A stretch of DNA of 63,229 nucleotides, counting the filler, from Ministeria vibrans ATCC 50519 (taxonomy: Eukaryota > Protista > Filasterea): assembly GCA_943704425.1 (NCBI GenBank). It is 4 parts of 4 records of this genome, joined end to end, with 100 filler letters (N's around TTAATTAATTAA, not from the genome) between each part and the next. Parts side by side here need not be neighbours in the genome. Positions count along the whole stretch, not along the records: positions 7,995 to 22,394 come from CALSCP010000641.1; positions 22,495 to 52,802 come from CALSCP010000113.1; 2 more parts are not named here. The stretch is one strand, 5' to 3'. The position numbers were made by a program, and so were the translations under genes. Of this stretch, positions 13,034-26,216 are shown piece by piece. The notes below the pieces were generated by a model. That model searched no databases. It was given only the letters and a program-made list of their open reading frames with translations, and was not told the origin of the DNA. The first letter of the stretch is position 1; every line of letters begins with the position of its first letter.

Positions 13034-13539
13034 ATGTCAGGCCGCGAACTCATCACCCTCCAGTTGGGTCACCACGCCAACTTTGTCGGGGCTCACTTTT
13101 GGAACACACAAGAGGCGGAGTTTTCGTACGAGAGCGACAGTCCGTCGGATGTGTGTCACGACGTCTGCTTCCGCGTCGGACGGAACCACCGGGTACCCGC
13201 ATGATGTGAAAGGACGTCTCTGTGCACGTGCATTCACACTCTCCTCCCCACCCCCCCTCATGCCTCTTTCGTTCCAGGGCGAGGAGACGTACACACCTCG
13301 CACAGTCATCGTTGACCTCAAGGGAAGTCTTCGGGCGCTCTCGACTGCCTCGGCCCTCTACGACGACGACGTTGACCCAGATACGCTTGCCCGCAATTGT
13401 GGTAGTACCTGGGCGGGATCGGTGCTCGTGCAAAAGGCCGAGCAGGCTGCGCAGAGTGCGTTTCATCGTGAACTTGACGAGGAGGCGGCACAGCCCGCAC
13501 ACGACTCGTCACTATCGTCGTCAACACCAGCAGCATCAG

Positions 13540-13570
<31 letters not shown>

Positions 13571-15219
13571 AGTCCCTGTCGAGAAACCTCCTCTGGATGA
13601 GTCCATTGAAGTGTGGAGCGACTACATGCGCACCTATCTGCACCCTCGCTCGCTCCAGATTGTCCGCGAACACTCGCATGCGAATCGCAACTCCACCGAA
13701 GACCCCTTTGATCGTTTCCATCAAGGTCACCAATTGACTCAGCATGCCGAGGTAACAACTGTCCCTGGCTGTTTTTAATCAATAGAGAATCGAGAGCTGT
13801 GTGTCTGTTTATCGGTTTGTATGTGTGGCTGTTTGTTTAACCCGATCCAAATTGAACACTACGACCCATATTTATAGTTTCTGGACGACTATGAGTCGTC
13901 AGTGCGTTTCTTTGCCGAAGAAAGTGACTCTCTTCAGGGCTTCCACTTGCTCTGTGACGCCACCAATGGGTTTGGAGGTCTTTCGGCGGCACTGGTCGAG
14001 ACCCTGTTCAACGACGACTACGCGAAGAAACCCATCTTGGGCTTTCCCATCATGCTCAACCAACTCACCTCCATCCTTCAAGTACACACACCACACCCTC
14101 TCTCAACTCCACCGAATGTTCACTTCCGCTTGTTTTTGTAGTCTCAGCCTCGCCAAGACCAATCGACCCTCACGACGGCACTGACCATGGCGTCACTCGC
14201 CTCTCACATTGACTTTACTGTGCCCCTCTCCGTCGCGCAACTTCCCTGGCGCTCACTCACTCCTGTCTCCTTCAAACACGTCAGCCGCTCTTTTAACGTA
14301 CCACATTAATCCACATTGCTTCCTTGTTGTCGTCGTCGTCGTAACTCAAAGAATGTGCATGTATAGGCCCAGAGCGTTTATCAGACAAGCGCGCTTATTG
14401 CCAGTGCCCTCGACACCTGCACTCTCTCGTACCGTCTCACTCACGCCGACCACCGCCACCGCTCTCTTGGTTCTCTCACTCACTCCCTCTCGCGTCTCTC
14501 CTCCGCCTCCGTTGGCTACCTCTCCGCTCACACTCGTCTTCCGGCCTCTGCTGTCTCCCTCGCTGCTCTCTGGGGTGTCGACGACAACCACGACCCCTCC
14601 AAAACCCCTCAGTACCTTCCGCTTCACTCTTCTCTTGACATGCTCTCTCCCTGTCGCACTCCCGCACAACACGTAAACAACAAACTCCGACGTGCAATAG
14701 TTATGTCATTCGCTCTTCTCACGTCCCCCTCTTTCAATCCCAGCAACTGCCTCGCTTCCAATCGGTAGTCATGCGCGGTGTCTGCGACTCCCCGAACATG
14801 CCTGCTGACGACCTTCTTGCTCACTACACTCTTAAAACTGCCGGCCAACTGTAAGTAATCTCACCGATGAAATTCTAGCAGTGTACACACTAAACTATGT
14901 GCACGTACGTAGGTCGAGCCATCAGTCGATTTCGATTCCGTCTCGCTTCCCAACCACTCGCCCATTTCCCTCACACCTGTTCGCAGCAGACACAACCACG
15001 CCAGAGGATAGCACTGATGTAGCTCACACAGCAATGCTCACGAACTTGAGCACTGGTGCGTGTGTGGGCACTATGCTGAGTGGACTCCACTCGGATGCAC
15101 TCACAGTCGCTCGTCGCAGCTCTCGTCTCGCCCTCAAAATGTCCGGAATGGATCCTGATGATGGACTCGAGGCTCTGGAACAACTCTTGAACATTGCAGA
15201 GGGATACCTTGACGAATAG
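13034..15219 (+). CDS. MSTO1: Misato/Dml1 tubulin-FtsZ-like protein; multi-exon
   Basis: MSGRELITLQLGHHANFVGAHFWNTQE; ETYTPRTVIVDLKGSL; VWSDYMRTYLHPRS; RFFAEESDSLQGFHLLCD. Confidence 0.95.
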
Positions 15220-15244
15220 CGAGAGAGAGGAGGGAGAAACAAAG

Positions 15245-15342
<98 letters not shown>

Positions 15343-15500
15343 GAGAAACAAAGTGATAGATAGAGAGAGAGGAAGAAAGAACAAAGTGATAGAGAGAGAC
15401 AAAGTGATAGAGAGAGAGAGAGAGACAGAGTGTTTTGCATTATACAATATCTGTTTTGTTGTTGTGAATCGCAAAGTGAGAGTACAAAGGCGCACTCTCC

Positions 15501-18500
15501 TCACTTGTTCCGAATGCGCTCCACCAGATCGCCCGATGCCTTCCACATGTCCCACAGCGCACGCGGGAACACTTCTTCGCTTGAAGACGCAGCCACAAGC
15601 GCAACTCGCTTGTACACCTAAGTTGCAAACCCACAAAAAAGAGTCCAGTCAGAAGCCTACAGAGCGACACACGAGAGACTAACCAGTGCCCAGAAATCGA
15701 GTGCGTCGTTCAAGAGCACCTCAACATTGCTCAGTGTCGCAAAGCGGCTCTTGAGCGTGTCGACGGGAGTCCCCTGAAGATATTCATTCACAAGCGAACC
15801 ACAAATGGTTGAGAAGGACTGTGGTCCAAAAGGGAGTCTGAACATAGTAAAAAAAAAAAGAATAATTATTATTAGTATCACAATGTGCGCACAAGAAGAA
15901 ATAAATAAAAATTACTCGCTGGAGAGAGTGCGTGCTGCATCTGCGGAGAGAGTGAGTTGGTGCTCGTGGACTGTCTTGAGAAGAACCATTTCACAGACAT
16001 CGCGAAGAGACGATCGCTCGGCGTTGCACAGACTACATAGTGAGAGGTTAAAAGAGATGAAACGAGACAGTTTGTACGACCGTGTACCTCAGGAAATGAG
16101 AGAGGTCACGGTCAAGAGGGAGTGATGCCAGGGGAGCGGAGCCTACAGGAGACCAAGTCGGCGAGACAAGGACGGAGACACGAGCGACGAGAAGACGTGC
16201 GGGCTCCTCGGGGTCCTGGTGAGCGGGAAGAGGACGACGGGGCGGGGGCAGGCGAGGAAACGGGGCAGCGTGGACGTGCAAGCCCGTTTGAAGCAGAGAG
16301 AGCAGGGTGAGAAGGTTGTCACGCGTTGCCCGTGAGAGGGTGGCAGGAAGTGGTGCGGTCTGAAGCGACTGCGTGTAGGGAGAGTGCGCTGTGGGTGCGA
16401 GATGCACGAGCGAAAGAAATTCTGTCTCAATCGAACGAGCAAGCTCGGCCAACGGAGGGGTGTTCACATCACTTGTCGCAGAAGAAGCAGTAGAGGCTGT
16501 GCCTGTAAACGTGAGTGGTGCACGACTGTCGCGCGCACGTACACTGTCAAACCAGTGTTGAATCCGCACTCTATACAAAAATAAAAATCAATCGATATGC
16601 AAAAAGCGTGTCTGTGTGTGCTTTTTAGACGTACTCTACGGCAGACTGATCGATGAGAGTGGCATTAAGAAACAGCTGCAGGGCAAGAGCCATTCGGGTG
16701 CGCTGTTGTTCAAGAAGAGTACGCATGTCGGCAAAATTACCACCACAGAGTGGAGAGCGCGTCGACCACACACGAGAGAGCACAGCAGACGGAACCTGAG
16801 TTTGCACCACACCCATACCAATCAATTCGTGCGTCATTCGTATTTCCTCTTTTCTTACTTTGGGTGAGATTGCGTTGTGAGCAATGAGAGCAAAGAGAGC
16901 AGAAGGACACTTATCGACAAAGAGACTCTGCACATCAGACTCGTCCAAAAGAGGACTCGCAGTCGACTCACAGTCATCACTGGTAGTCTCTTGTGCACTG
17001 CACTCTCCTTCTTCTTCTTGCTCTGTGTTCATACGCACACACTGTTGGCCAAACATGAGAATATGGGGGGTTGTCACGGCACTCACTGCCATATCAAACA
17101 GCGTCTGGTGAGCGCTCAGTCCTTTATATCCTTCACTGACGTAATGTGCGTACGCACTCTCACTATCGCAAGCAGACATATTATAAAGAATTTGAGTGTT
17201 TTGGGAAAAGTCTTACGCTGATCCGTAACCGCGAACCATATCGATCGCATTGCGAAACTCAAAGGACATATCAGTCAACGGAGGAAACGTCCTACAGAAA
17301 GAGTCAACACTCACACAACCACATACAAATATAATTATATCACTCACTCACACAACTACACAAAAAATGTCTATCTCTCATTCACACACACTGCAACACA
17401 CACTCACTCGCTGCGTTCTCTGCTTCTTACTTGCAATAAGGAGAACCAGCCAAGAGACATACATCCAGGAACATTTCAGACGAGAGTTCCAACTGTTCCA
17501 ATAGAGCATCGCGATCAATCCAGGTGAAGCGATCGGATGCGAGAGAGGTCACTATGCGACGGACAGACGGGAACAGAAGCAGGTCGGCAGAGCCGTAGCA
17601 CGCGTGCAAGAATGACTGTGGACTGTCGCTCATCCATGCCAGCTACAACACCCCCACAGACACAGACACACACACACACACATCCATCATACAATAAGTG
17701 AGTGGTGTCGCTCGAACGAGTGCCGTGCAATTGTATACCTGTGATTCGGCTGTGAGCGGCGCTCGCAGACACTGAATGCCACAAGACTGCAGATGCTTCA
17801 TGAGAAGCGTCATGGTGGTTGCAGTGATACCCCCTGGAATAACAATATCCCAACCGATCAATACACACACACGAAATACAACGAGAGTAGATTGTTCTAC
17901 CGGCGTTGTCGAAGAGAGAAAGTGCCTCTTGACTGCTCTTCAGTGTCTGTGTGTCCCAGGCCGAGACACGCGCCGACGCCTGGGCGTCTTCCGTCGACGG
18001 AGCCCGTGAGTTGATTCCACTGAACACAAACACCGGCTCAATCCCAGCCTCTCTAAAATACAATGCCAGTGAGTCGTGTTCGGATGCTCTCGTGTGGCAC
18101 ACTCACGCAAGCATCGCGAGCTGTTCTGCAACGACTTCTTCCGTGCCAATCTTCCAGTCACTGCCCAGTGCAAGCTAGAGAGAGAGAGAGGAGGAAGAAA
18201 GAGACAAGTGATAGAGACAGAGAGAGAGAGAGAGAGAGGAGGGAGAAAGAGACAAAGTGATAGAGACAGAGAGAGAGAGAGAGTCCACATGGATGGGATG
18301 AGCGGCGCACGCACAGGGCCGGCACGAGAGGGACCTACCGAGACGGCGTTGGCGTGCGACGCAGGCAGACTGGGTTGAATCACGTTGATGTACCAATGGT
18401 ACGCATCAAAACCGACCGTGGACCCCTGCAACAAACAAAGAGCGTCGTGCAATAGATGCGTGAGGACATGCACAGCAGATGCAGCTCGTTGCCGACGCGT

Positions 18501-18780
18501 GTGGCCAGCGAGAAGCCACAGCAGCACAGGAAACACATTCTTCTTTTCTGTCTCACACGAGCGTGTCCCGTCGTCCCCTCCACACACACGCCACACTCTC
18601 AAACACACCACCACACTCCCCGTACGTACCAGTAGAAGGCCAGTGCTGTCGTTGCGAATTGCGTGCGTTTCTCTCCTCAAAAAGTCTTAAAACGCATTGT
18701 AAAAAAAAAAAAAAAAGTCGCGTGAAATTTCTCGTTTCTTCTTCTGTATAGAAAATACCGTGTAACTTCCGGACTGGCAT
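15501..18780 (-). CDS. MKT1: MKT1-like XPG/PIN-fold post-transcriptional regulator; multi-exon
   Basis: MPVRKL..FL, STVGFDAYHW, GIEPVFVFSGI, RAPLTAESQ, ACYGSADLLLF, FLDVCLLAG, LPFGPQ, LNDALDFW follow the order of fungal/protist Mkt1 motifs. Confidence 0.82.
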
Positions 18781-18943
18781 CGTTGAATGTAAGGCTAGAC
18801 CGTTAACTAAGTAAGTTTAATAATATTACTATTCAGAAATGGAAAATGTGTACAATCGGTAGTTAGACCAAATCTTATTCGATTATCATTCTCACCATTC
18901 TCCTTCTAAAATCTAAATCGTCATTCTTTTTCTCCGCTATCAC

Positions 18944-20964
18944 ATGAGCAACCTTCGCTCGTTGCTAGAGTCAAGCAGGCGAACTCGCAATGGTACACAA
19001 TAAAAAAAATCTCTCTCTGTCTCTCTCTCTCCGTCTGACAGATTGTTCATCAGCGTCAAACTTTGCTGCGCGCTTCCTTGCACAACAAAAGGCGAGCGAC
19101 GCCTCGGATACCGTTGACTACGCCGAATTGAAAGCACAGGTGCATGAGCATCGGGTTCGCGGAGCCCTGAGGCAGCAGGCAGCGGCGACTCTTCGCAATG
19201 CCGCAGCGAAAGCGCGACTTTCGCGCGTAGAACAGTTCGAATTTTTTTAAAAAAAAGTTCACCACCCCACTGATTATTCGTTGGCACACGTAGGGAGTTC
19301 ATGGACCAATGGCTGTTGGAAGCTAAAAGTCTTCGTGAGGAAGTGTGGCTGCTGGAGCATCAGCTTGGACTGGATTGTGACGAGCGTGACGACTCTCTTT
19401 CATCGGTTGCCATTGACGACGTCAGGACACAAGTGACGGAGCTCTGCCAGGCAGCAGCCGAGTCTCAGTATCGGTCCACAGCAATTCGTGAAGCTGTACG
19501 CACCTCGTGGTCTCGCCACCAAGACAATTGCGAGACACTTGAGCGCGAGATGCGCAGCGTACTGCGCGACTGTGTACGAGACGCATCCTTGCTCCTCGGC
19601 CCTTCGGCTGTGCCCGCCTCCCTCTGCTCACTCGTGTGTCTTCCTCCTCATCCACCTCCCATGGGCGTCCCAGCCAGCCTGAGCAATGCAGACGTGCCCG
19701 ATGACAACCTCTGGATGTTTCTATGTGATGCGTTTGCACAGCTTGACAGCACCTTTGCCTTGCGTCTCGCCGACCTCGAAGTATTAACATAATTATAATA
19801 ATAATTATTAACATAATTATTATAATAATTATTATTATTAATATTAATAATAATTATTATTATTATTCTTAAATATGATTGTCATTAATTTGAGTTATAT
19901 GTTTGTAGGCAGACGCAGAGGAAACCAGTGCAGACACACTACCCTTCACGGAAGAGGAACACATTCTATATTTGATTTTACACGACAGTCTCAGTGGACG
20001 ACCGCTCACAACCCTCCTACATCGACTGACGGCACAGATGCCCAACCGACGCCACTGCGACCTCATTGCCCTGACGCAGTTTCACCATCATCGCCATCAT
20101 CTTCAGATTAGAGCACGGGCGTTGGTGCAACAGTGGCGGGCTGCACGGGCGCAGGCAGAGACGCGCGCGCTGGCCATGGTTGCCGAGGCACAGCGCATCC
20201 GGGAGGAAGGCAGGGCAACCGATGCCGCTCGACAGGCCTTTGAGCAACTAAAGCGACGTCATCGTGCACACCATGAGCAGGCACGACGCGAGCACGAGGA
20301 GCGACGCGCACGCGAGGAGGAGGAGAGAACGCGCGAGCGAGAACGTGAGCAGCAACGAATGGAACGCGCTGCTCTACTGGAAGAGAAACGGAGGGGCAAG
20401 GCACGCGAGGCTCTTGTCCAACGTCGAAGTCAAATGATCCTACAGCAGCGCGCGCAACAGGAGCTGCACGAAGCACGGGAGCGCAAGAGGGCCTCAGAGA
20501 AGGCACGCCAAGGGAGGGAAAATGCACAACGCGTCGCGTTCCGCCAAGAGCGACTGAAAGAGACGCGAGCGCGTGCGGCAGTGGAAGAGGCAGAGCGCAC
20601 GGCGGCCAAACGCGAACGAGAAGAGCGTCTTCAAGCATTGCGCGACACAGTCACAGTGAGCATTGAAAGTGACCCCACGCGTGTGTTTGCCCCCACCGCG
20701 GCCTCTCGAGCGCGCACCACCACCACTGAACCCGAAGCACTCTCCCTCAGCGAGCCCTTTCAGGACCCACAGCGCCTCCTAACCTCCCACGCACTGCACT
20801 CTTACACCTCCGACCAAGTGCTACGCGACCCGCGTGTGCGTCTCGAGATGCTCCTGCGCCGTGCCAACGTCCAAGACACTCCGTACGCCCGCAGTGTCCT
20901 TGCGTCCGTCAAGGGCTGCCAGCAACCCAGACGTGACATGTACAGTCAGATTTTCAAACAATAA
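18944..20964 (+). CDS. CCDC148: Coiled-coil domain protein 148-like; 4 exons
   Basis: VDYAELK; RVAFRQE; ERLQALRDTVTVSIESDPTRVFAPTAAS; SYTSDQVLRDPRVRLEMLLRRA...TPYARSVL...PRRDM. Confidence 0.85.
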
Positions 20965-21145
20965 TGAGAAAGAGTGCGTGAGAGAGGACAAAATGTAAAA
21001 CTGGTGTATTATTTTTGTTTGTTTCCTTTTTTCGTTTGGGAACTCTCTCTTTGTTTTTTGTTGGAAGGGAAAACACTCGAAAGAAAAGAAGCAGATGCAC
21101 ACAACACAGAGAGACAGACATAGACACACAAACGGAAGAGAGTCT

Positions 21146-21211
21146 TTAGAAGTCTCCAATCTGGGCCTCACCGCCACTGGCAAAGTAGAACTTGAGCGAC
21201 TGGAAAAAGAC

Positions 21212-21299
<88 letters not shown>

Positions 21300-22394
21300 T
21301 TTAGTGAGACGGTCAAGTCCAAGGCAACAACAGCAACAAAACTACTATAGTACCTTGACCATGTCGTACTCGGCAGCACGGATGATGGAGATGAGCTGGC
21401 TATCGGGCGTGTCCTCGCCGACAACATCACGCAGCGACTGAATGATGGGTGTGATCTTGTCCTACACACACACACACACACACATACACGTAAGGTTAGA
21501 TACATACACAGATATATATTATATATATATATATATATAATATACAACAATAGTTTACCATGTCATCGGGAGCAACGTCGCCGCGCTTCTCCTTCCACGG
21601 CGGGTGAGTGAGGCAGACGCCAGTTTCGGCGACAGGCACAATCTTGTGGAACTCGATGAGCTGGAAGAGAGTGTTGAAGCGCTCGTACTCGCCGTCGATA
21701 CGGTAGCGTCCGTTGCGCTTGCTCATCGAGTAATGCGTGAGCGAACCGTTGTCGAGAACAAACGACAGAGAGTAACCCTCGCGCGACTGGCTAATACGCA
21801 CCAAGAAGGTTCCGGGTGCCTGCTTCTTGAGCGCCACCTCGGCCTGTCGTCGAGACGCCTTGCCGTCGAACCACACGTTCTTGGCGTTGAGTGCATCCTC
21901 GTCGGGATCACGGCCAGCCTTGTTGGTCATGACCGCCGCCTTGGCCTTGGTCGTCGACATGTAGATCTCTTCCTCAGCCTCGAATTGCTCGTAGTTCATC
22001 TACAAGTACCCATCGTATCAGCAGCAAATCAATGAAACCTATAAAATAACTTTTTTTTTTTACCTCATGACCCTTTTGAGCAGCCTTTCGTTGCGCTTCA
22101 AGCAGACGAGCGTACTTAAGACGCGCAAGCTTCGAACGGACCACTAAACAAGCAGAAAGTACAAAAAAAAAACAAAAAAAAATACAAAAACAGCATAAGA
22201 TCAAAGTAGAAAGTCTCACAGAAAAACAAGTCGCGTACTCTTCTGCATCTTGATGGCTGCCTGTTCGTACTTCGCGTACTTGGCCTCGAGCTCGTCACGA
22301 TGAGTGAGCTTCATGAACACCTTCGTCTTGCCCATCATCCAGCCCTTGCCAACCTGAGCCGCATTGAGCACCTTGCTGCAGTTGGCCGACGACC
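21146..22394 (-). CDS. 3' part of an unconventional myosin: motor end, IQ, SH2, UBA/CUE-like tail (5' part lost at linker gap)
   Basis: WMMGKTKVFMK (myosin converter); AAIKMQK|VVRSKLAR (IQ); WFDGKASRRQAE...GTFLVRISQSREGYSLS (SH2); last exons IIQSLRDVVGEDTPDSQLISIIRAAEYDMVK|SLKFYF. Confidence 0.85.
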
Positions 22395-22494
22395 NNNNNN
22401 NNNNNNNNNNNNNNNNNNNNNNNNNNNNNNNNNNNNNNTTAATTAATTAANNNNNNNNNNNNNNNNNNNNNNNNNNNNNNNNNNNNNNNNNNNN

Positions 22495-22890
22495 CAGACT
22501 TTTCCGGGCTGCTGCAACGGACCATCAGTGCACCCATTGTTCCTGAAGTGGCGCACGCAGGCGACACCCGCCACTTTGAGAAGTACCCTGAGCCCACCGA
22601 CGACTTTCAGGCACCTGCTGTCGATCCCTTTCGCGTACACATTCACCACACATTCACCACACACTCAATACTCTCCCAAATGTGTCAATCAGTCGTCTCT
22701 ATCACTTTGTTCTCTCCATTGCCTTCTTTCTCACTTTGTTTTTTCTTTCTCGTCATTTCTTGTTTTCACTCTCTTTGCCATCTTTTTTCACTTAATTCCC
22801 GTCAAACTCATTTACTGACTCTTTCACACACTCAATAATCTGACTCGTACATTTTTTGTTCCTTTTCAGAATCTTTTCAAGGATTTTTAA
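22495..22890 (+). CDS. C-terminal fragment of a PKA/PRKX-type AGC kinase
   Basis: APIVPEVAHAGDTRHFEKYPE...|NLFKDF*, ending in the PKA-type FxxF motif; 5' part lost at gap. Confidence 0.8.
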
Positions 22891-22971
22891 ACAAACGCAC
22901 CAGTCATATTTTCTTACTCACTGTATATTAAAATTAAAACCACATATTTTTATAAGACGAACACACGAAAC

Positions 22972-24173
22972 TTAATTGAAAAAGTAATGATTTGCGTGAA
23001 AAGAGAGAGCAAGAGAAGCCAAAAGATACGAAATGACAGCAGAAGCACTGTGGTTTGGGTTGAGGGTGGATGCAGACTGGAGGGCGTCCTGACAGGCGCC
23101 CGTTGACGGGCTCACAAGCGCGATGTGACCATCGTTGCGGCCGTGGAACCACGCCAGAGTCATTTGGGCGTTGGTGCGATACTGATCTGAAGAAGAAGGG
23201 GGGGGATGAGGAGCAGGAGTAGTCGCGCTGCCAGTGACAGTGGAATGGACAGAGCTTGTGACTGTGGAGGCGTAGAGGAGGGCGCTGACGAGCTGACATG
23301 CTTCGGAGGGAAGTTGGTCGTAGCGGGGGCATGCAGCGCCGTCACGTAGCCATCCGTCACTGCCGACAATGCTCAGGTGCTCAATGCCATTCTGCATGCG
23401 CGTCTGGACGCGCACCAGCCACGACAGGGCGGCTTCGCCTGCGCTGCGCATGTCTGCGCGGCCCATGTCGACTCCGCTGGCAAGCAGAGCGTGTGCTAGG
23501 GGAGCGTTGTCGGTGGTGAGTCGGTCTTCAAACCACGACCATCGCTCGGGGTCGTTGGCCTGGCGCTTGTAGGCATTGAAAAGTGTGGTGGCGAGGAGCT
23601 CGCGTAGTCTCTTGCATACAACATGGTCCGGCTCGGCCGCAAGAAAATGGTGAATGCCCAGCGTCGCAAGGGCAACGCCTCGCAAGCAGGTGAGTTTCCC
23701 GGCCGCTTGGAGTCCTCGAAGAAAGAGTGCGCGCGCTGCGTCGCGGATGTCCGTGTGTGTGCTGTGGCGCACGGTGAGACCGAGAGCCCACAGCACACGA
23801 CCGTGTGTCAGGTCGGGCTGCGTCGCAATCCACTCGCTGCGGTCGTAGCGCAGCATGCATCGAAACCGAAGCTTCTCTGTGTCCCAGGAATGGACTGTAG
23901 GCGTGTTCAGGAGGGTCAGAGTCGAATGGAGAGTAACAAGGGAACTTTTTTGGTACCAATCAGTTGCAAATAAGTGCGAATAGGTAAAGGTGAAGAGGCA
24001 GCGGAGTCGGGATAGAGTGTATCATCAAGCACTGCAACCACGAGAGCGCGGGCGGCGTCGCCTGTGGCGTAGTTTGACGAGGGCAAGGGAATCGAGAAGA
24101 GCGACTGGCGAATCACTCCCGAGTCGTCCGTCAGCGTTCTTAATTGCCGATAGTCTGGTCGTGCAAGTGACAT
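22972..24173 (-). CDS. Stand-alone (alpha/alpha)6 six-hairpin-glycosidase-like protein resembling the C-terminal domain of bacterial GT4-fusion proteins; 2 exons
   Basis: QLRTLTDDSGVIRQS, YATGDAARAL, RFRCMLRYDR, HGRVLWALG, WSWFEDRLTTDNAPLAHALL, IVGSDGW, YDQLPSEA, AWFHGRND, GACQDAL; GT-AG intron ~23898-23957 restores the frame. Confidence 0.75.
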
Positions 24174-24311
24174 GATCTATACACAGCACAACCTCCTCGG
24201 GCGCAAATGTCGAAATGCAGAGTTTTGAGAAATTGTGGAATGGTACTAATTTTTGGTCTTGAAAACGAATATTGACAAATTCACACACACACAAAAAAAT
24301 TTAAAAGATAG

Positions 24312-25116
24312 ATGTTCACAGACGAAGATTTTGTCGCAGCCTTACGAGAATATGCAGACCCTGAAGAACATTTAGCAGAGGGCTGGGAGATATTTGCCGA
24401 CTTTGACGATAAAAAGGTAGTCAAAAAAATGAGGCAATGGTGTCCCTCTCACACCGCACTGTCTGTGTGTTGCATAGATCTATCGGCAGTGCAAGCCGTC
24501 AAATCCGCATTTGTATGAGTATCTGGCATTTGGTCGGATTCTGACAAGTTCAGAGATTCTGTCCAAAGTGTACCTTGACGCCGACTACAGAGCTCACTGG
24601 GACAAGTACTGTGTGGTACGCCCCCTCCCTTCCCCCCTCCCCTTCCCCCACCTTCTCCAATGCTGATAAAGTGAGCGCCTGTGCATTTTTTCTTTCTTTC
24701 AGACATTTCGACTGTTGTGCGCTACCCGTAACGTGTTTCAGTACCGTGTCAAGTACCCCTGGCCCATGGCCAACCGCGAGTACTTCTTTCGTGGGGAGTG
24801 TCGCCACATGGACTGCGGTGCAATTGTGTACCTAGGCAAGACGCTGCAAGCCGACGAGCTTGCACAGCTGGACGTCCCAGCGAGAGCGGCGGGAGTCGTG
24901 CGCTGTGACGCATACCACCAAGTGCTCATCATGCGCAATGTCGAGCCGGGCGTGTGTCGTCTCACATCCTTCTACAGCGACGACCCCAAGGGCCACATTC
25001 CCACGCCTATCATTAACTGGGCCGCCTCGACGGGCGTTCCCAGTTTTTTTGGTAAGCTCGAGAGTGCGTGTGTGCGCTACACGCAATGGTGTCAAGACCG
25101 AGACGAAATCGATTGA
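24312..25116 (+). CDS. START-domain lipid-transfer protein (PCTP/STARD-like); 3 exons
   Basis: EGWEIF; LYEY; YRVKYPWPMANREYFF; YSDDPKGHIPTPIINWAASTGVPSFFGKLESAC. Confidence 0.88.
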
Positions 25117-25305
25117 TTAAGTAACAAATGTAATCAGAGAATGTAAAAACAAACACAAACCGCAACGAGAGACACTGGTGTTCTCAGTCGTAAGTCACTC
25201 GTATGCCCATGCCATATCGGGTATAATAATCATTGATTAAGCTAATAGTTATTATGATTGTAATCAGAAAAATGCAAAAAGTAACACAAAACAAAACGAA
25301 AGCTC

Positions 25306-26018
25306 TCAGGCCTTTTTGGATGCTTTGGGGACCATCCAAGTGGGTGTCCTGGGTGTTGGTTGTTTGCGCAGCCCTTCAATTTTGCGCGTCTTGTCCTCAC
25401 TACACGCACGAGAATGAGACCGATCCTCAGGCAAAATTCTGAAAAAAAAAATTGTATGTGCTTACGCTACAGCGCCGCCAGAGGTTGGAGCAAAGACGCG
25501 GAGTTCCTTGTCGCTGATTTCGTCTTGGGCAACGGGGGCCAGAGAGGAAGCGGAGGAGCGCGGCGAGGCACCCTTGGTGGACATCCATGTAGGGCGTTTG
25601 GTGGAGTTGGGGCTCCCTACAGGGCTACCGGAGGGGCTGATGGAGCCGTCAAGTGAGGCAGTGGACAGGCGCGATGATGCATTAGGTGAGAGTGTAGCGC
25701 CGGTCGAGTGACGTGACGTGTTGGGTGAGGTCATCTTGCGTGCCGCCAGTGCCTCAAGCGCCTCCTTCCGCAACCCTGTCGAGCTACGCGCCACAGGCAC
25801 AATGGGCTCGGGGTCGGGATCATCAAAGGAGACCTTGGCCAAGTCCAGCTCAACCGTGTCCAGGGCGCGGTCCACAGCGTCGTCGTCGACCACCGTGTGG
25901 CTGTGCGCCGTGCCCCCTGCCCCTGCCCCTGTCGCCGTCGGCACGCAGCTGACCGCTTCCGACTCTTGCATCCACGAAGGGAGTTGTTTCTTGGTGGGAC
26001 GGTGGCCGGCCACTGTCG

Positions 26019-26094
<76 letters not shown>

Positions 26095-26216
26095 AAAGTC
26101 AGTTGACGAACTAACCAACAAACAAAAAAAAAAGTCTTTTCGTTTGTGTGTGACATTGCGAAGCACACGTCACAAACCAGCCATGCGGCACAACAACAAC
26201 CATTGAGAACAGCCAT
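25306..26216 (-). CDS. Small, probably disordered protein with three P(S/T)WM motifs; at least 3 exons
   Basis: MAVLN|VAGHRPTKKQLPSWMQ...TKRPTWMS...GAVA|ILPEDR...PRTPTWMVPKASKKA*; GT-AG introns keep the frame; start codon uncertain. Confidence 0.6.

Noticed and set aside
19220-19300. Apparent non-canonical (GC) donor in CCDC148
   Set aside because: A canonical CA|GTTCGA donor gives an in-frame join (RVEQEFMDQW)
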